This document shows positions 22,690 through 36,000 of a stretch of DNA of 64,000 nt, piece after piece. Source of the DNA: Eledone cirrhosa (Eukaryota); the NCBI GenBank assembly GCA_964016885.1, contig OZ024741.1:302250001-302314000 (forward strand), in the 5' to 3' direction. Every line of letters begins with the position of its first letter. The first letter of the stretch is position 1. The notes below the pieces were generated by a model. It did no database searches, was not told where the DNA came from, and saw only the letters and a program-made list of their open reading frames with translations. Both the position numbers and the translations under genes were made by a program.

Positions 22690-24189
22690 ATACATATATA
22701 TATATATATATATTTCTGTTGTTTTTTTTCTCTATTATCTTTGTCCTGTGCGCTCCTTATTTTGAATATATATATAACCCTTTAATGTAAAAAAAAAAAA
22801 AATGCTTTTCTTTAATACAATAACATCGTTTTAATTACGTTAGTAAAAATATTTCTTTTGACCATTGAGCTAAAAAATTAACGTAGAATAATGATTGTGT
22901 GTATGCATGTGTACACAATAAGTTTGTATTATTAGTCGTTCTATTGTATTTATTTATTCTGTTCTTGTTTGTGAATAAATTCTGCAATATTCTTGGTTGA
23001 AAATGTCCTAAATTATAGACGAAACATTATTTGATAACAGGCATTATAGTCGACAACTTTAGAAAAAGAAATCATTTTTACATGTACACTTTGCGTGAAA
23101 TATTACAGGTAATATGGAAGAGGTACATTTGGTACTCAAATTGAATAACGATTATTTGTATTGTTTAGCTCCGACATATGATCAAAGTTATTTAAGCCAT
23201 TATCATCTTGTCTTCTCGGCTTATGTAGGATTACATTATCTAATGTGACCTGTCCTGGTAGATGACGGTATGATGTGATTTGAGGGAGATTTGTTTGTTA
23301 TTTCTAGCAGATCAAGCGAATACGTATTAGTTTATTTGTGAAATTGAGGTCGGTTATCAGAAAATATCCATAAATAGCATTAAGTAGGCCACTTCGTATG
23401 TGTGTGTGTAATATAGAGTTGAAATTTCGTAGTCATGCGATCTACCTACCTACGAGATTGGTACATTTTAAGCACGTATTTATTGGAGAGGGAGAGGGAG
23501 GAAGAGAGACAGAATTACTCCTGCTATTTAAATTGGTTGTGTAACATGAACGCGCACATATACATACGTATCCAATACTACTACCCTCTTAATCTCCCCT
23601 TTCTTCAACACACTACTCTCTTATCTTTCTTTACTCACTGTTATTCTCTGTCTCTCTTCTTAAATACTGTACTTCGTCAGCTTGTGTTTTTCTCTCTCTC
23701 AACACAATACTCTCCTTCCATAGTTTTCTATACGTTTCTTCATTTTATTGCTCTCTCTTTCTCTCTAAACACATTTTCTCTATTGTCTATTGCCCTGTCT
23801 CTATTCTTTCCCTCTTACTTCCTCCTCTAAAACTGCTGGACTAGTTACCGAACACGTACAGATTTTAGTGTCTTTTGTTTTTTAGTTCTTCCGAGTGGAT
23901 TGATTAAGTTAAGGCAGGAGATCGGCTTTTCATTTTATATACGAATTGAAACGTAGAATTTTTATTTAAAAAAAAGTCTTTAACGTTACTGCTAAGCATT
24001 CTTTTATTGTTAATATTTACGATGACAATTTTTTTTTTATTGCGAACCAAAGTAATACATAAATATTACTTTGATTCATCGCATTGAAATTTTCACTCAC
24101 AAAACACACACGCATGTGTGTGTGTGTATCTATGTACTTGTGTATTTTCCGTTTGACGAATTGTGACCGATTTTTATATTTATTTATTA

Positions 24190-24981
24190 GAGAAGACTTT
24201 CTGTCCAAGGCCCATGAATAATTTCCAGAAATCCCTGGCCTGGAAGTACTGCCGGGGAGATTTGCCAGTTCGAAATAAACTCTACAGGCATGGAACTGCC
24301 GTCAGCCGGGCCTGTCCGAGATGCGCACAGGGCGAGAAAACCGTTTTACATGCACTCGTTCAGTGTCCAAGCATTGCTGACCTATGAGTTATGTCGAACA
24401 CCTGCTGTCGAGTGTAAGACGAATCTGGCTATATCAGCTGAGTCCAGTCCATTGTGAAGATCGCCCCACTACTTTCCTTTAGTCATGAAGGGCTGGCGTG
24501 GAGGCCATGGCGAAAGAAGTTGTATCGTGGACATATTTGAAAGACCAGCACTTTGCTTTTTGGCAAAGCCCTTATTGACTTTTTCAGGTTTCACTCGAAG
24601 AGAAAAATCAGTGTAGAGAGTGGAGTGCTGCCTTCCAAGCAGTTTATTGTGAGGTGCGTGAGAGAGGCAAGCCATGACCTGAGTGAATGGGTCCGCTCTG
24701 AGTGTGCGCCTGTAGATTGAAGGTGAACAACTGGGACTGGGCACTTGCCCTAGAGACCAGGACACCCGTAGATTAGTGGGGTGGGGTTTCTACGACCAGC
24801 GATCGAACGTCTCTTCCCTGAGGAATTCCCTTTATTTAATTGTTATTGTTACCTTCCCTTTTCACTCATGTTAAATCTGTTTACAGCCACCACATATACA
24901 CACACTATGTTTTCGTCCTGTGCCATCATGTTTTTCTTGATGTTAACTCTTGTGGTGGATAAAGAAATCATTATTATTATT
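24190..24981 (+). mobile_element. L1/Tx1-clade LINE 3' fragment
   Basis: LAWKYCRGDLPVRNKL...CPRC...EKTVLHALVQC (C-terminal CCHC finger), followed by a 3' UTR ending in ataaagaaatc(att)n. Confidence 0.75.
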
Positions 24982-25010
24982 GTATGTAACACACACACAT
25001 GTATGTATAT

Positions 25011-25049
<39 letters not shown>

Positions 25050-25142
25050 TATATATATATGCATATATATGCATATATATATATATATATATATATATTA
25101 AGAGAGTAAAACAAAGAAGCCTTCAATACATCAAAAGTCTTT

Positions 25143-25188
25143 ATTAGCCGACAATGTTTCGTCCTATTAAGGACTCATCAGGGCAATT
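25143..25188 (-). ncRNA. Minimal type I hammerhead ribozyme with canonical core
   Basis: aattgcc-CTGATGA-gtcct taat aggac-GAAAC-att-GTC-ggctaat. Predicted cleavage between 25150 and 25149. Confidence 0.85.
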
Positions 25189-25432
25189 AAAACAACAAGA
25201 AGTAATATCGGCAGATACAAGCTGGAAGCTCCGAAGAATATGGAGTGTACATACACTAAAGTATTGCAAAAATATATAATAAAAATATATAATAAAAATT
25301 ACTAAGGATGTATATAACATTAAGAATCATATTACAAATATAGTCCAAATCAAAAAAAACCTAGAGCTAAACAAAGGTGGTTATATAGAGCAGGAATTAT
25401 ATATAATACAATGTAATATAATATAATATAAT

Positions 25433-25618
25433 ATAATTGTTTCTACTTTAGGCACAAGGCCAGCAATTACCCAGTGCATTACTGGTACTTTATTTTATCG
25501 ACCCCGTAAGGATGAAAGGCAAAGTCAACCTCGGCGGGATTTGAACTCAGATCGTAAAGGGACGTAACTATGCTGGAAAGCATGGCGTCCGACCTTCTAC
25601 CGATACTGCCAATCCACC
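25433..25618 (-). mobile_element. tRNA-derived SINE, family 1
   Basis: Reverse complement of 5838-6026. Confidence 0.85.
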
Positions 25619-25896
25619 AACATTAAAATTACAATAAAAATCAAAAGGTACAATATGCATATGTATATATGTGCGCACATGTACACACACACATACAACA
25701 ATACACACATCCATCTTCAACTGCACAAATTAAACCTTAAGAGTTTGAATATAAAAATAAGCATGATAGGAATGAAAATAATAATAATAATAATACTAAT
25801 ACATCTACCCAATATACATGAGGTAATAATATGATATAATTATAAGTAGCACATATAATAAATAATAAATAATACAATTATATACTATATAATACA

Positions 25897-25979
<83 letters not shown>

Positions 25980-26092
25980 CTATACGAGCGAGACACGGTC
26001 ACCCGACCAATCTTGCCTCAAGTGGGACAACTCCCGTCTAACCCATGCTAGCGTGGAAGATAAACGTTAAACGATGATGATAATGATATATT

Positions 26093-27060
26093 CTATGGCC
26101 TAGAATCAAAAGGCCTTAAAGTTAACTTGTCTAAGACTAAAGTTCTAGTATGTAGAAAGGAAAATAGGGCACACGTGCCCTCTGGGAAATGGCCATGCTC
26201 AGTGTGTAGGAAAGGAGTAGGCAGAAACTCCATTTTATGTCCCAAATACAAAGTATGGGTGCATAAAAGATGTAGTGGGATCACAGGTAAGCTATCTAAG
26301 AACGTAGATTTTTATATGTGGCCTATGCTCAGGTGCAATAAGTAGCTAGTTTCCACAGGATACTAACTCCTTCTATTGCCCAGATGGTTCTATAGAAATA
26401 GTGGGCACTTTCTGTTACCTGGGTGACAAAATCAGCAGTGGTGGAGAGTGTTCAGAAAGTACAGTAGCCAGAGTCAGAATGGGATGGAAAAAGTTCAGAG
26501 AGCTTATACCAGTGTTTGCCACAAAAGGTTTCTCTCTAAAAATGAAAGGCAGATTGTATGATGCCTGTATACGAACAGCAATGTTACATGGGCATTGTGT
26601 GCAGAGGACCTGCGCAGATTGGAAAAGAACGAAGCATGCATGCTCCGTTGGATGTGTAATAGTAATATATGCGAACGGCAAAACATAAATGAACTAAGTG
26701 AGAAATTAGGAATAAGAGAGATCAGATACTGTATGGTCGCGTGATGCGCATGAAAGACGACGGCTGTATTAAAAAAGTGCAGGGCAATCAAAATTGATGG
26801 AGTAGGTAGACCCAGAAAAACCTGGGACGATTTGATAAATTCCGACCTTACACACTTGCACCTCTCTAAGACAATGTCACTGGACCGAGATCTTTGGCAC
26901 CACACAGTAATACAGAAGACCTGCCTTGCCTATGTACAAAGCAAAACCTACAGTCAGTAGGCACCTCTTAACCAAATATACACCCTAATCCACTACCCCT
27001 ACTCCATCCTCCCACTCCCTTTCTCTGTAAAGTTGGTACCACAACATCCAGTCCAAATTA
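26093..27060 (+). mobile_element. RTE LINE 3' fragment (PHD-like finger to 3' UTR), decayed
   Basis: KTKVL...SGKWPCSVCRKGVGRNSILC...WVHKRCSGI; FCYLGD...GWKKFREL...KGRLYDAC. Confidence 0.85.
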
Positions 27061-27165
27061 AGGAGATAATGAGATCGAGAAGGTGTCACACCTTGTAGCT
27101 GACCAGCTAACCTCCATAGGCATAAGCTGTAAATTTCATTTCATTTTCATTCTTCCTCTGTGTGC

Positions 27166-27240
<75 letters not shown>

Positions 27241-29074
27241 GGCAAGCCCACAGACAGACAGACAGACTAAAAAAGAGAAGCAAGACAGAAACGGTAAATT
27301 TAGAAGACACTAGTTTAGCACTGACAAGAAAAGCCAGAGAAAATCCACAATGTTTTGAGCTGTTCCCTTCATTAAATGGTATAGAGCACAGGTTCTCAAC
27401 CCATTTAGGCCAAACGCCCCTTTTGCCCCTCGAAATCACGACTCTCCACCACCACCATTTTTCCATTTTTCAATATACTACTGATTTTGATATCGGTAGA
27501 TTACTAAAAAATAGATTAACAATATTCCAAAGATACCATAGCAGGCAGTTGAGAGTATAAATACATTCCTTGAAAGGAAGTATATAAATTTCAAAAAAAG
27601 GAACATAAATGTTCTTTTATATGAATAAGGACCAGTTGAATTTGTTATATTCCCACCAGGCGATACCAGCTATTTTGAACATTTATACAAGAGTAACTCT
27701 GTTTATCCAAAGAGTGCTCTTATTTGGTAGAAAGTGACAATTGTATCTTTTCAAAACTTTCCAATTTTCCCTTTAATGAAAAGGACAGAATAAATGTTGA
27801 TAGCTAACTTGATGTTCCCTTCGCTTTGTGAGCTTAGAGACCATGGAAGAGGGTTTTCATGACCACGTAAGGGTATATTTATTTGTAAATGGTAAAATAT
27901 ATACAACAAATGAGTAAATGAATTGCAGTAGATGGTTTCCAGTCCAGTCAGACTGCAACTACAAATAAAAAATTGTTAGTTTGCTTCTTAACAATAGCAT
28001 ATCCAAGTTTTCGGATAAATCGACTTATTTTAACTTTGACCTCATTTCAATGGGACCCTTGAGCTTCATGGAGTCTAGCTAACACTTTGACGTCAGGCTG
28101 AATTTTCGTAAGATGTAGCCAGAGATCTCCACATATAATTACATTGTAGCGGTTGCAAGCATTACTGTGCAGTCTGGAAACGGCGTCAAATCCCCTCTCG
28201 ACTAAGTATGAGCTTGGAAAAGGCAGAAAATCTCTTAGTCTCTGCATGTAGGAGTGGAAATCGACGCTGAATTTTCTCTTGCATCCAAAGAAGGGGTTCA
28301 CCTATTTTGGAAAATCAAATTTTGATCATGTCATCTATTTGAAGTTCAATGAATTCTTCCTGAAATTTAATATCCAAATCATCGATGTTAGTTGTGAAGG
28401 GATCTGCTATCCACATTGGGATGTCCATCTGTAAAAGGTCGACAAACCGTTCTCTCATGTTGTCTTGTAGCACACAGAGGTGAGCGGTATAAATTTGAAG
28501 TTGGTGATCGCTCCACAATGTTTTGAACACTGGCGACACAAGGAAAATTATAGAATTCCCGTCAACAAAGATTCCTTTCGATGAAATTCAATTTGGCCAG
28601 GAATGTTTTCACAGCATTCCTTGCTTTAAGCAAGGTGATCTTCTCCCCCTGCAAAGCCATAATGAGGCTATTGCATTTGTCGAAGGTGTTGGCGAGGTAG
28701 GCGCAATCTTATCTCACATCGAGGGTTTTCTTGTACAGTTCTGTGTTGCGACCTAGAAGAAACTCAATGATAGAGTCGAACAGTTCAAAGAAGCGAGTAA
28801 GGCACTTGCCCTTTGAAAGCCACCTCACTTCAGTATGACGAAGCAACTCAATGAAAATTTGTTCATTGAGGGCATGGTGTTTGATAAGATTGATGACATC
28901 AATGGCCACCTGCAAGGACTTGCTCAGCGGCTCATTGAGTTTCTTCGCAGCCAAGTGTTGTCAATGAATGACACAATGAACAGCAAATACAGATGGATTT
29001 TCTCTCTTCAGAAGAGGGATGAAACCCTTATGTTGGTCAACCATTGCTTTTGTGCCGTCCATAGCACATGCTAC

Positions 29075-29347
29075 AATATGTGTTATATGTGGTCCTAAAT
29101 GTATGTATTACCAGCCTGTGTGTTGTATGTGGTCCCAAATGTGTGTGCTACCTACTTATGTATTGCATGTGGTCCCAGCTGTATGTATTACCTGCTTGTG
29201 TGTTGTATTTGGTCCCAGCTGTATGTATTACCCACCTGTGTGTTGTATGTGGTCCCAGATGTGTGTGCTACCTGCTTATGTGTTGCATGTGCTCCCAGAT
29301 GTTTGTATTACCTACCTGTGTGTCATATGTGGTCCTAGATGTGTGTA
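29075..29347. repeat. 39-bp minisatellite (continues at 30655-30792 after the mariner)
   Basis: Unit ~gtgttgtatgtggtcccagatgtgtgtgctacctgctta; gives a 13-aa periodicity in the spurious ORFs. Confidence 0.88.
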
Positions 29348-30654
29348 CGAGGGGGGATCAAAAAGTTCGCGGAATTTTTCAGAAAATATTCTATTTTTCA
29401 AAAAATATGATTTACCATCAATTTATTTTTCTACATAGTTGCTATCCAGGTCAATACACTTGACAAGGCGATGCTTCCAGCTTCGTAAGCCGTCTCTAAA
29501 GAAAGTTGAAGGCCTTGTTCGAAGCCATTTGTTGGCAGTGTTTTTAGCTTCTTCAACACCACTAAAACGGGTTCCTTTTAGCATTTCTTTGAGTTTTGGA
29601 AAGAGGAAAAAGTCTGATGGGGCTAAATCTGGACTATAAGGCGGGTGAGGAAGCACTTCCCATCAAAATTCTCGAAGAACTTCTTTTGCAACCCACGCAG
29701 AATGCGCTGGTGCATTGTCATGGTGAAACAAGATCCCACCATGAAGTTTCCCTTTTCGTTTCTTGACTAAAGCCTCTTTCAGCTTCCTTAAAACATTTGC
29801 ATAGTAAGCTCCTGTCACAGTTCTTTGACCTTCAAGATAATCTATTAGTATCACCCCATCTGAATCCCAGAAAATGGTGGCCATCACTTTTTGATCCGAC
29901 TTTTCAGATTTGAACTTGATTGGCCCCGATGATCCACGTGGAAGCCACTGTTTTGACTGCTGTTTGGATTCAGCATCATACTGGTAGATCCAGGTTTCAT
30001 CTCCGGTGATGATTCTGGTCAGGAAATGCTCTTCATCAACTTCAATTTTGTTTAATATCGTCAAAGACAGATCACTTCGAAGAATCAGCTGATCAGGGCG
30101 CAATGCTTTTGGGACCCATCGTGCTGAACGCTTGCTTAGTCCCAAATTATCGTGCAGAATTGAATTTGCCGAACCATATGAAATGTCTAGGGACTTAGCT
30201 AAGTGATTAACTGTTATTCTTAGATCTTCTTCAATTAAAGTCTGAGCAGCTGCAACGTTTTGGTCATTTTTTGATGTTCCTAGTCTTCCACTGTGATGGT
30301 CGTCTTCAAGGTCTCCCTTGTTTGAATCGCTGAACCCACTTGTAGACAGCAGTTTTCTTTGGAGCAGTAGTACTGTAAACTTTAACTAAAACCTCCATAA
30401 TCTGTGTCCCTTTCCATTTGAGTTTCACCAGAAACTTGATATTCGATCTTATCTCAAAATAACTATTTTCCATTGTTCCAAAAAGAGGTTTTTTAAAGAG
30501 TGTCAGTACTGTACAATAGTCCACGCATAACTGACTGCAAGTGACTAATAGCAAGGTAAACACCCAGTGACAATGTTCTGACATGTTTAATATTGTTTTA
30601 ATCTATTTTTTTCTTACTATGATAAAATTCTGCAAACTTTTTGATCCCCCCTCG
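29348..30654 (-). mobile_element. Full-length (1307 bp) mariner transposon, D,D34D; transposase disrupted by a frameshift near 30310 and a stop at 29663-29665
   Basis: TA TSD and TIRs cgaggggggatcaaaaagtt...aactttttgatcccccctcg. Motifs WVPKAL, TGDETW, HHDNA and PYSPDLAPSD. Likely start ATG at 30473, stop at 29423. Confidence 0.95.
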
Positions 30655-31634
30655 TATTACTTGCTTATGTGTTGTATGTGGTCCTAGATGTGTGTATTAC
30701 CTGCTTGTATGTTGTATGTGGTCCTAGATGTGTGTGCTACCTGATTATGTGTTGTATGTGGTCCTAGATGTGTGTGCTACCTGCTTATGTGTTTTTTCTT
30801 TTCTGTTTTCCTTTTCCTATTTGTAATATTATTTATACAATTGGGATTAAAATAGATTTACATAGTGTTAACTCGTCTCAGTTGAGTCAATAATTGCAGA
30901 CATGAAATACATAGTTATCGGTGAAGGAGAGACAAGATTCAAACTGGTTGTGCTCAAAGTGTCCTTGACCCAGTTGACTATGGGTTTTTCTATTTTTAGA
31001 CCCCCCCCCCCTCTTAGAACCTCTAGTATAGAGGAAGGGAAAACAATTCAAACTAGGGGAGACTTGACAAGAACATTTGTATGTATATACTATGTGTATT
31101 TAGTTTAGAATATGCCTGCTTGTCAAGGTTTAGTGTCAAGAAGAGCATCCAGCTGTAAAACATTGCTTCAAAGTGTCCTCTCAGCCCATGTCACCATAGA
31201 AAAATTGACATAAAAATGATGATGATATGTGTATATATGTATTATAATCTAACAGTTAAGATTGTTTATAACAAACTTAGCTGATGTATTTATAAGTGAA
31301 TGATTGAACACAGTGTGGGAATCAAGCCTGTTGTAGACAGGACAACTACATAGCTGGCTACAATGAGACTGCTTGACAGATTTTCTCTCTTAAGTTTAGC
31401 ATAAACCTTACTGGATAAAAGCAATTGTTGTTCTTCCTGTCATGTCACATGACAATCAGGGACCAGCAATCAGTTAACTACCAGTGGATTACAAATCAAC
31501 ACAACCCATTAAATGGCATTTATTTTTTCAACCCTATCCTACTCAGGACAAGTCAGGACACAGACCTCTTGGAGCCACATGCATATGGCAGGCCTTTCAT
31601 TGAGACAATGATGCCACTTCTGTAGTTTCATTAA

Positions 31635-31839
31635 CCCTTTAGCATTCACATTACTCTATATTTACTATTATATTTTCACAGAAAAGGCTTTATCTCACAT
31701 AATATCAAATCTACGAGATTTTGATATTTATTTTGAGAACATTACCTTAACATCAGTATGAGTGGCCAGTTACGACCAGTTTGAACTGAAAGAGGTGAGA
31801 GAATTCTAGCCGGATATGGCCAGTTTAAATGCTAAAGGG
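31635..31839. mobile_element. piggyBac-type MITE
   Basis: TTAA on both sides; TIR ccctttagcatt/aatgctaaaggg; copies at 46853 and 50875. Confidence 0.85.
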
Positions 31840-32962
31840 TTAAGGTGTAGTATAGATAGAAGCAGTCACAATTCTTTAGTCATCAATGTTGTCATACCCT
31901 ATATTAAAGTGCTGTTGGTGTATGTATATGTATGTATGTGAGTGTGTGTATGTATATGCAGATATATGTATTACAGTTTAACAGTTAAGATTGTTTATGA
32001 TAAACTTAGATGATGCATTTACTTATGAAATATGACAGAACAAAAATGAGATATAACTGTCTGGGGGAATCAAACCATACATCTGTTGTAGACAGGACAA
32101 CTTCATAGACTACTTGACAGATTTTCAACCTCAAATTTTGTGAATCTGTATATAGATGAAAAAAAACAAAATGAAATTTACAGCTTGCACCTATGCAGGT
32201 TTAGCTGACTTCCTATGAGGTTGCATCTCATAGGAGGTTTCCCTGGTGTTTTAATGATAGGGACCCCAGGCCCACCATGAAAATGTGCTAATAAAATATT
32301 CAACAGAAGTGTCTTGTTAGCAGCAAAAGGGTCTTCAATAAGTTTCTAGATGTCACAGATGGTACCTATTCCTTAGACATCCTTCAGAAAATCTTGTATA
32401 ATATTTTTCTGGTATGTATTCTTTGTTGAGTAATTTTATGTGTTGGTGTGTTTATTTGTAATATTATGGGTCAAAGGGGGTTGTTTTCGTTGTTAATTTT
32501 TACTGTGCTGTACATATGTACAAGAGTGAATTCTACTTCAATGTAGGGACGGTAAGGGTCTCCTATCTGTGCATTACACAACAAAGGATGTAGCCAGTGA
32601 CTACAAACTCTGCAGATTTATTGTAAAACTATCCTCCCGTAGATATATTTACATAAACATGTAAATACATATGTATATATGCAAGCATACACATTATTGG
32701 TGATAATCCTTATCAGCATGTGTATTTGCTCTAGACAGTTCACCCCTTGCAAAATCTTGCTTAATAAAGTTGGAGGGTTTTATTTACTGGTTCATAGATG
32801 TAATTCAGGAGCATTCTGTTAAATACTTTTCCAGCTATTGACATCAATGATATCTCTTGGAAGTCTTTCATTATCTTTGATGGCTTCTTTAGAATAAGTC
32901 ATCATCATCATTGTTTAACGTCTATCTTCCACACTAGCATGGGTTAGATGGAAATTATAAGC

Positions 32963-33029
32963 CACCGCGTCGGGGAATTGAACCCCAGTCTCCCGCGTGA
33001 CGGGGATCCTTACCACTGTACTACCAAGA
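32963..33029 (-). pseudogene. tRNA-Asp(GTC)-derived pseudogene
   Basis: Minus strand tcttggtagtacagtggtaaggatccccgtcacgcgggagactggggttcaattccccgacgcggtg resembles the conserved metazoan tRNA-Asp, but has a ~4-nt deletion in the anticodon arm and a broken acceptor stem. Confidence 0.75.
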
Positions 33030-36000
33030 TATATTTTCTCTCCATTGCTTTGGTACTTCCTTTTAATTGAGAACTTTGTTTGTCATCTGAAGGAGTGCAG
33101 AATAAAGTTTTTCACCCTCATATTGCATTGTTTCTGCAGTTACAAATTGGTTGATTCCTGGAGATTTGTTTTTTGTTTTTATAGATTTAATTGCTGTAAG
33201 CAGTTCTTTGGTAGTGAAGTTAGATGTGTTGATTTTACGAATTTATACGATATCATAACACATAATGGCATATATTTTCTCAAATCAACTGTTCTCCAAT
33301 TTGCTCAATAATAACAGGTAAATTCTGAAATTAGAGCAAACTCATTTCAATACAGCCTTGAAGTGACAATACCCCAAGAAAATATACAAGTGCAATGAAG
33401 AAATTTAACATTGAAACATAAAAAGACTTATTTCTCACCTGGACCATGTGGTTTCAACTCTGCTAAAACTATTAATTGCATTTAATAAAACCGTAAGCAA
33501 ATGCAATTATATTTTAGATAACTTTTCTTATATATTCTGGGTCTAATATTCACAGAATTTCCTTCTCATAAGTTAATAATTGATTCTTTAGCATCAGTTC
33601 AACATTGATCAAGCAGGCTTATGATCAAAGATATTCTATGTGTCCATCTCATCTTTTTTTTTTCATCTGTGGTATTCATTATCCAATATATTCTGACGAC
33701 TTTGAGAGAATAGAGTGTCATTTGAGGGAGATCTGATTCTATATTAGAGCAGGTTAAGCAAATGTTTAGAAGTTTCTTTGTTGGCTTGGTTATTTAATAC
33801 TATAATTTTTGCACCATTGATATGAAGTCAATACTCCTGCCTTTTATTCAATAGCTCCAGTTACTGTGCACAACTTCCCCAAAACTGATAGATTGTCTTT
33901 TTAAGCAGTTCATTACTTTTGATATATGCAAATTTTTATTTTTTTCTTGGCATTAGTATTTTTAAACCAGTCTTTTAAAATATCTCGCGCAGACTTTATG
34001 TAACTATTTTTGGAGGATGTTAACATACATTTTATAGTCCTTTTGATAATTTATATGCTGTTATTGTTAAAATAATTTGTACCGGCAGTAGATATTTCAT
34101 ATGATTCCATCACACCTTTATTGTAGTCATATTCATCGGCACTTTGGGTTTGACTTGCAAACATACTGTTTCTTCTTTGGCCTCTGGCTCTTCTATACTA
34201 TAAAGCTGCACACCATTCCTGCTCTTGCCCACCAAATACATATGCTTCTCCTCTCGTCATTTCTTGCCAGCCAACAAAAATCAGAAAGCAGGTTTTGCTT
34301 TGATAACTATGAGTTAATAAGTTGATTATATTTCCTTTTGTAACAAACACGACAAAATCACTATGGATTTTAAAAAATTCATATTTTGTTTTCAATGGGG
34401 CTTTATTATATCATGTCTCTACATGTTCACCCCTTTTGTTCCAATCCACCTGAAACCATTACTAATTTGGATACAAAACTATTTAGTTTGAAAGTGTTTA
34501 TATATTTATCTAAAAACAACCTGCCAACATAATTTGATGAATATGGTTGTGAATGAATATGAATTCTTGCTTTTATTTGAAAGTTCTATCATTGGTTGAA
34601 TAGTTCTGTGTTTTGTTAGAACTATTTTAATTGGTTATATGCTTCAGTAGATCAGGTGTTGTCTTCTATATGAATTTTACTTCTAGGTGGCTCAATAGAA
34701 GTAGTTGATAGCTTCTGTTATCTAATTGACGTAATTAGCAGTAGAGGAGTTTGCTCTGAAAGCATAGTAGCTAGAATAAGAAAAGGATGGAAAAAGTTCA
34801 GGGAGCTACTACCCTGTTGACAACAAAAGGTTTCACTCTACAAATGAAAAGCCTGCAGAATGTGAAGTTGTTGCATGGAAGTGAAACAGATAATAAATGC
34901 AGAGGCTAGAAGGTTGGAGAGAAATGAAGCGAAACCTTTGATAATGTGTGATGTTAATATGCATGATGAGTGGAGAGAAGCACCTCTATTTACGTTTTTC
35001 CATCTTCAAAGATACTTTATCCAATTTATTCAACTATTTTTATAGATATCTGTATTGTGACAAACATATTTTTGTAATAAATTAGATTTGAGAAAATATT
35101 TACATATAAAATTTTAAATATTCCTCATAAATTTATAATTCTGTAAATGGCAACAAAAATATAAAAAAAAAAAAAATAAAAACAAACTTTTATATGCAAA
35201 AGAGCTTGAAGAATGGGGAATTATTTATGGTTTTACTGTGGATTTCTTTACAGAAAGAATAATTTCATGTGCATTTGTCATATTTTGCTTTGCTTAGGTG
35301 AAATACTTGGTCACGATTGTAGAACATTTCTTTGAAAGTAGTAACTATAATTTGAAATAACATTATAACAACAAATGTGATACTGTATGATTGTCTGAGA
35401 ATATATATGCTAGGAGTTATGTGATGTATGTGTGAAGATTTGGCACTTGAAGATATTGTGCGCATAAGTCGATTGGTAGTATAGTATAATAAAACTTGAG
35501 CAGATTAGATTACTAGCACACCATGATTAGGTTTACTAGTATAGTAATATAGAGATTTTAGTAATATCAACAATATAAATCTAATGAAATACATACTATT
35601 TAATTTCATTGTTTCATTACTAAGTTAATTATTTAACATATTGTTCTTATATAAAATTATGTTGGAAGATTTTAAATTTAAATCGGATCACATTAAAGTG
35701 GGTGTTTTTTTTTTTCATAGAACCAGAGCCAGTTTTAGTCGGTGGGTTTGTTAATTTTTGTTTATATAAAGTTATGTTGGTACCACAACATCCAGTCCAA
35801 ACTAATGAGATCGTGTAGGTGTCACAACAAAAAAAAAACACAGTCCACGCTGTAATGTGGCCGTGTAGGTAACACGGTAAAAAGTTCCCAGTCCTCACTG
35901 TAAATGTGGTTGGTGTTTGTAAGGGCATCCAGCTGTAAACTAGCGAGACACGGTCACCTGACCAATCTTGCCTCAAGTGGGACAACTCCTGTCTAACCCA

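Larger units (their letters stand above)
27387..31025 (-). mobile_element. hAT (Charlie/Buster-type) DNA transposon, decayed, carrying a nested minisatellite and mariner
   Basis: 8-bp TSD GTATAGAG at 27379-27386 and 31026-31033. TIR-like ends cacaggttctcaac / ttagaacctcta. Transposase remnants VHCVIH, LLRHTEVRWLSKGKCLTRF, FPSSYLVERGF and HEAQGSH. Confidence 0.88.

Noticed and set aside
29019-29463. Cys-rich repetitive proteins
   Set aside because: All three frames are open because the 39-bp minisatellite lacks stops; there is no splice or homology support.
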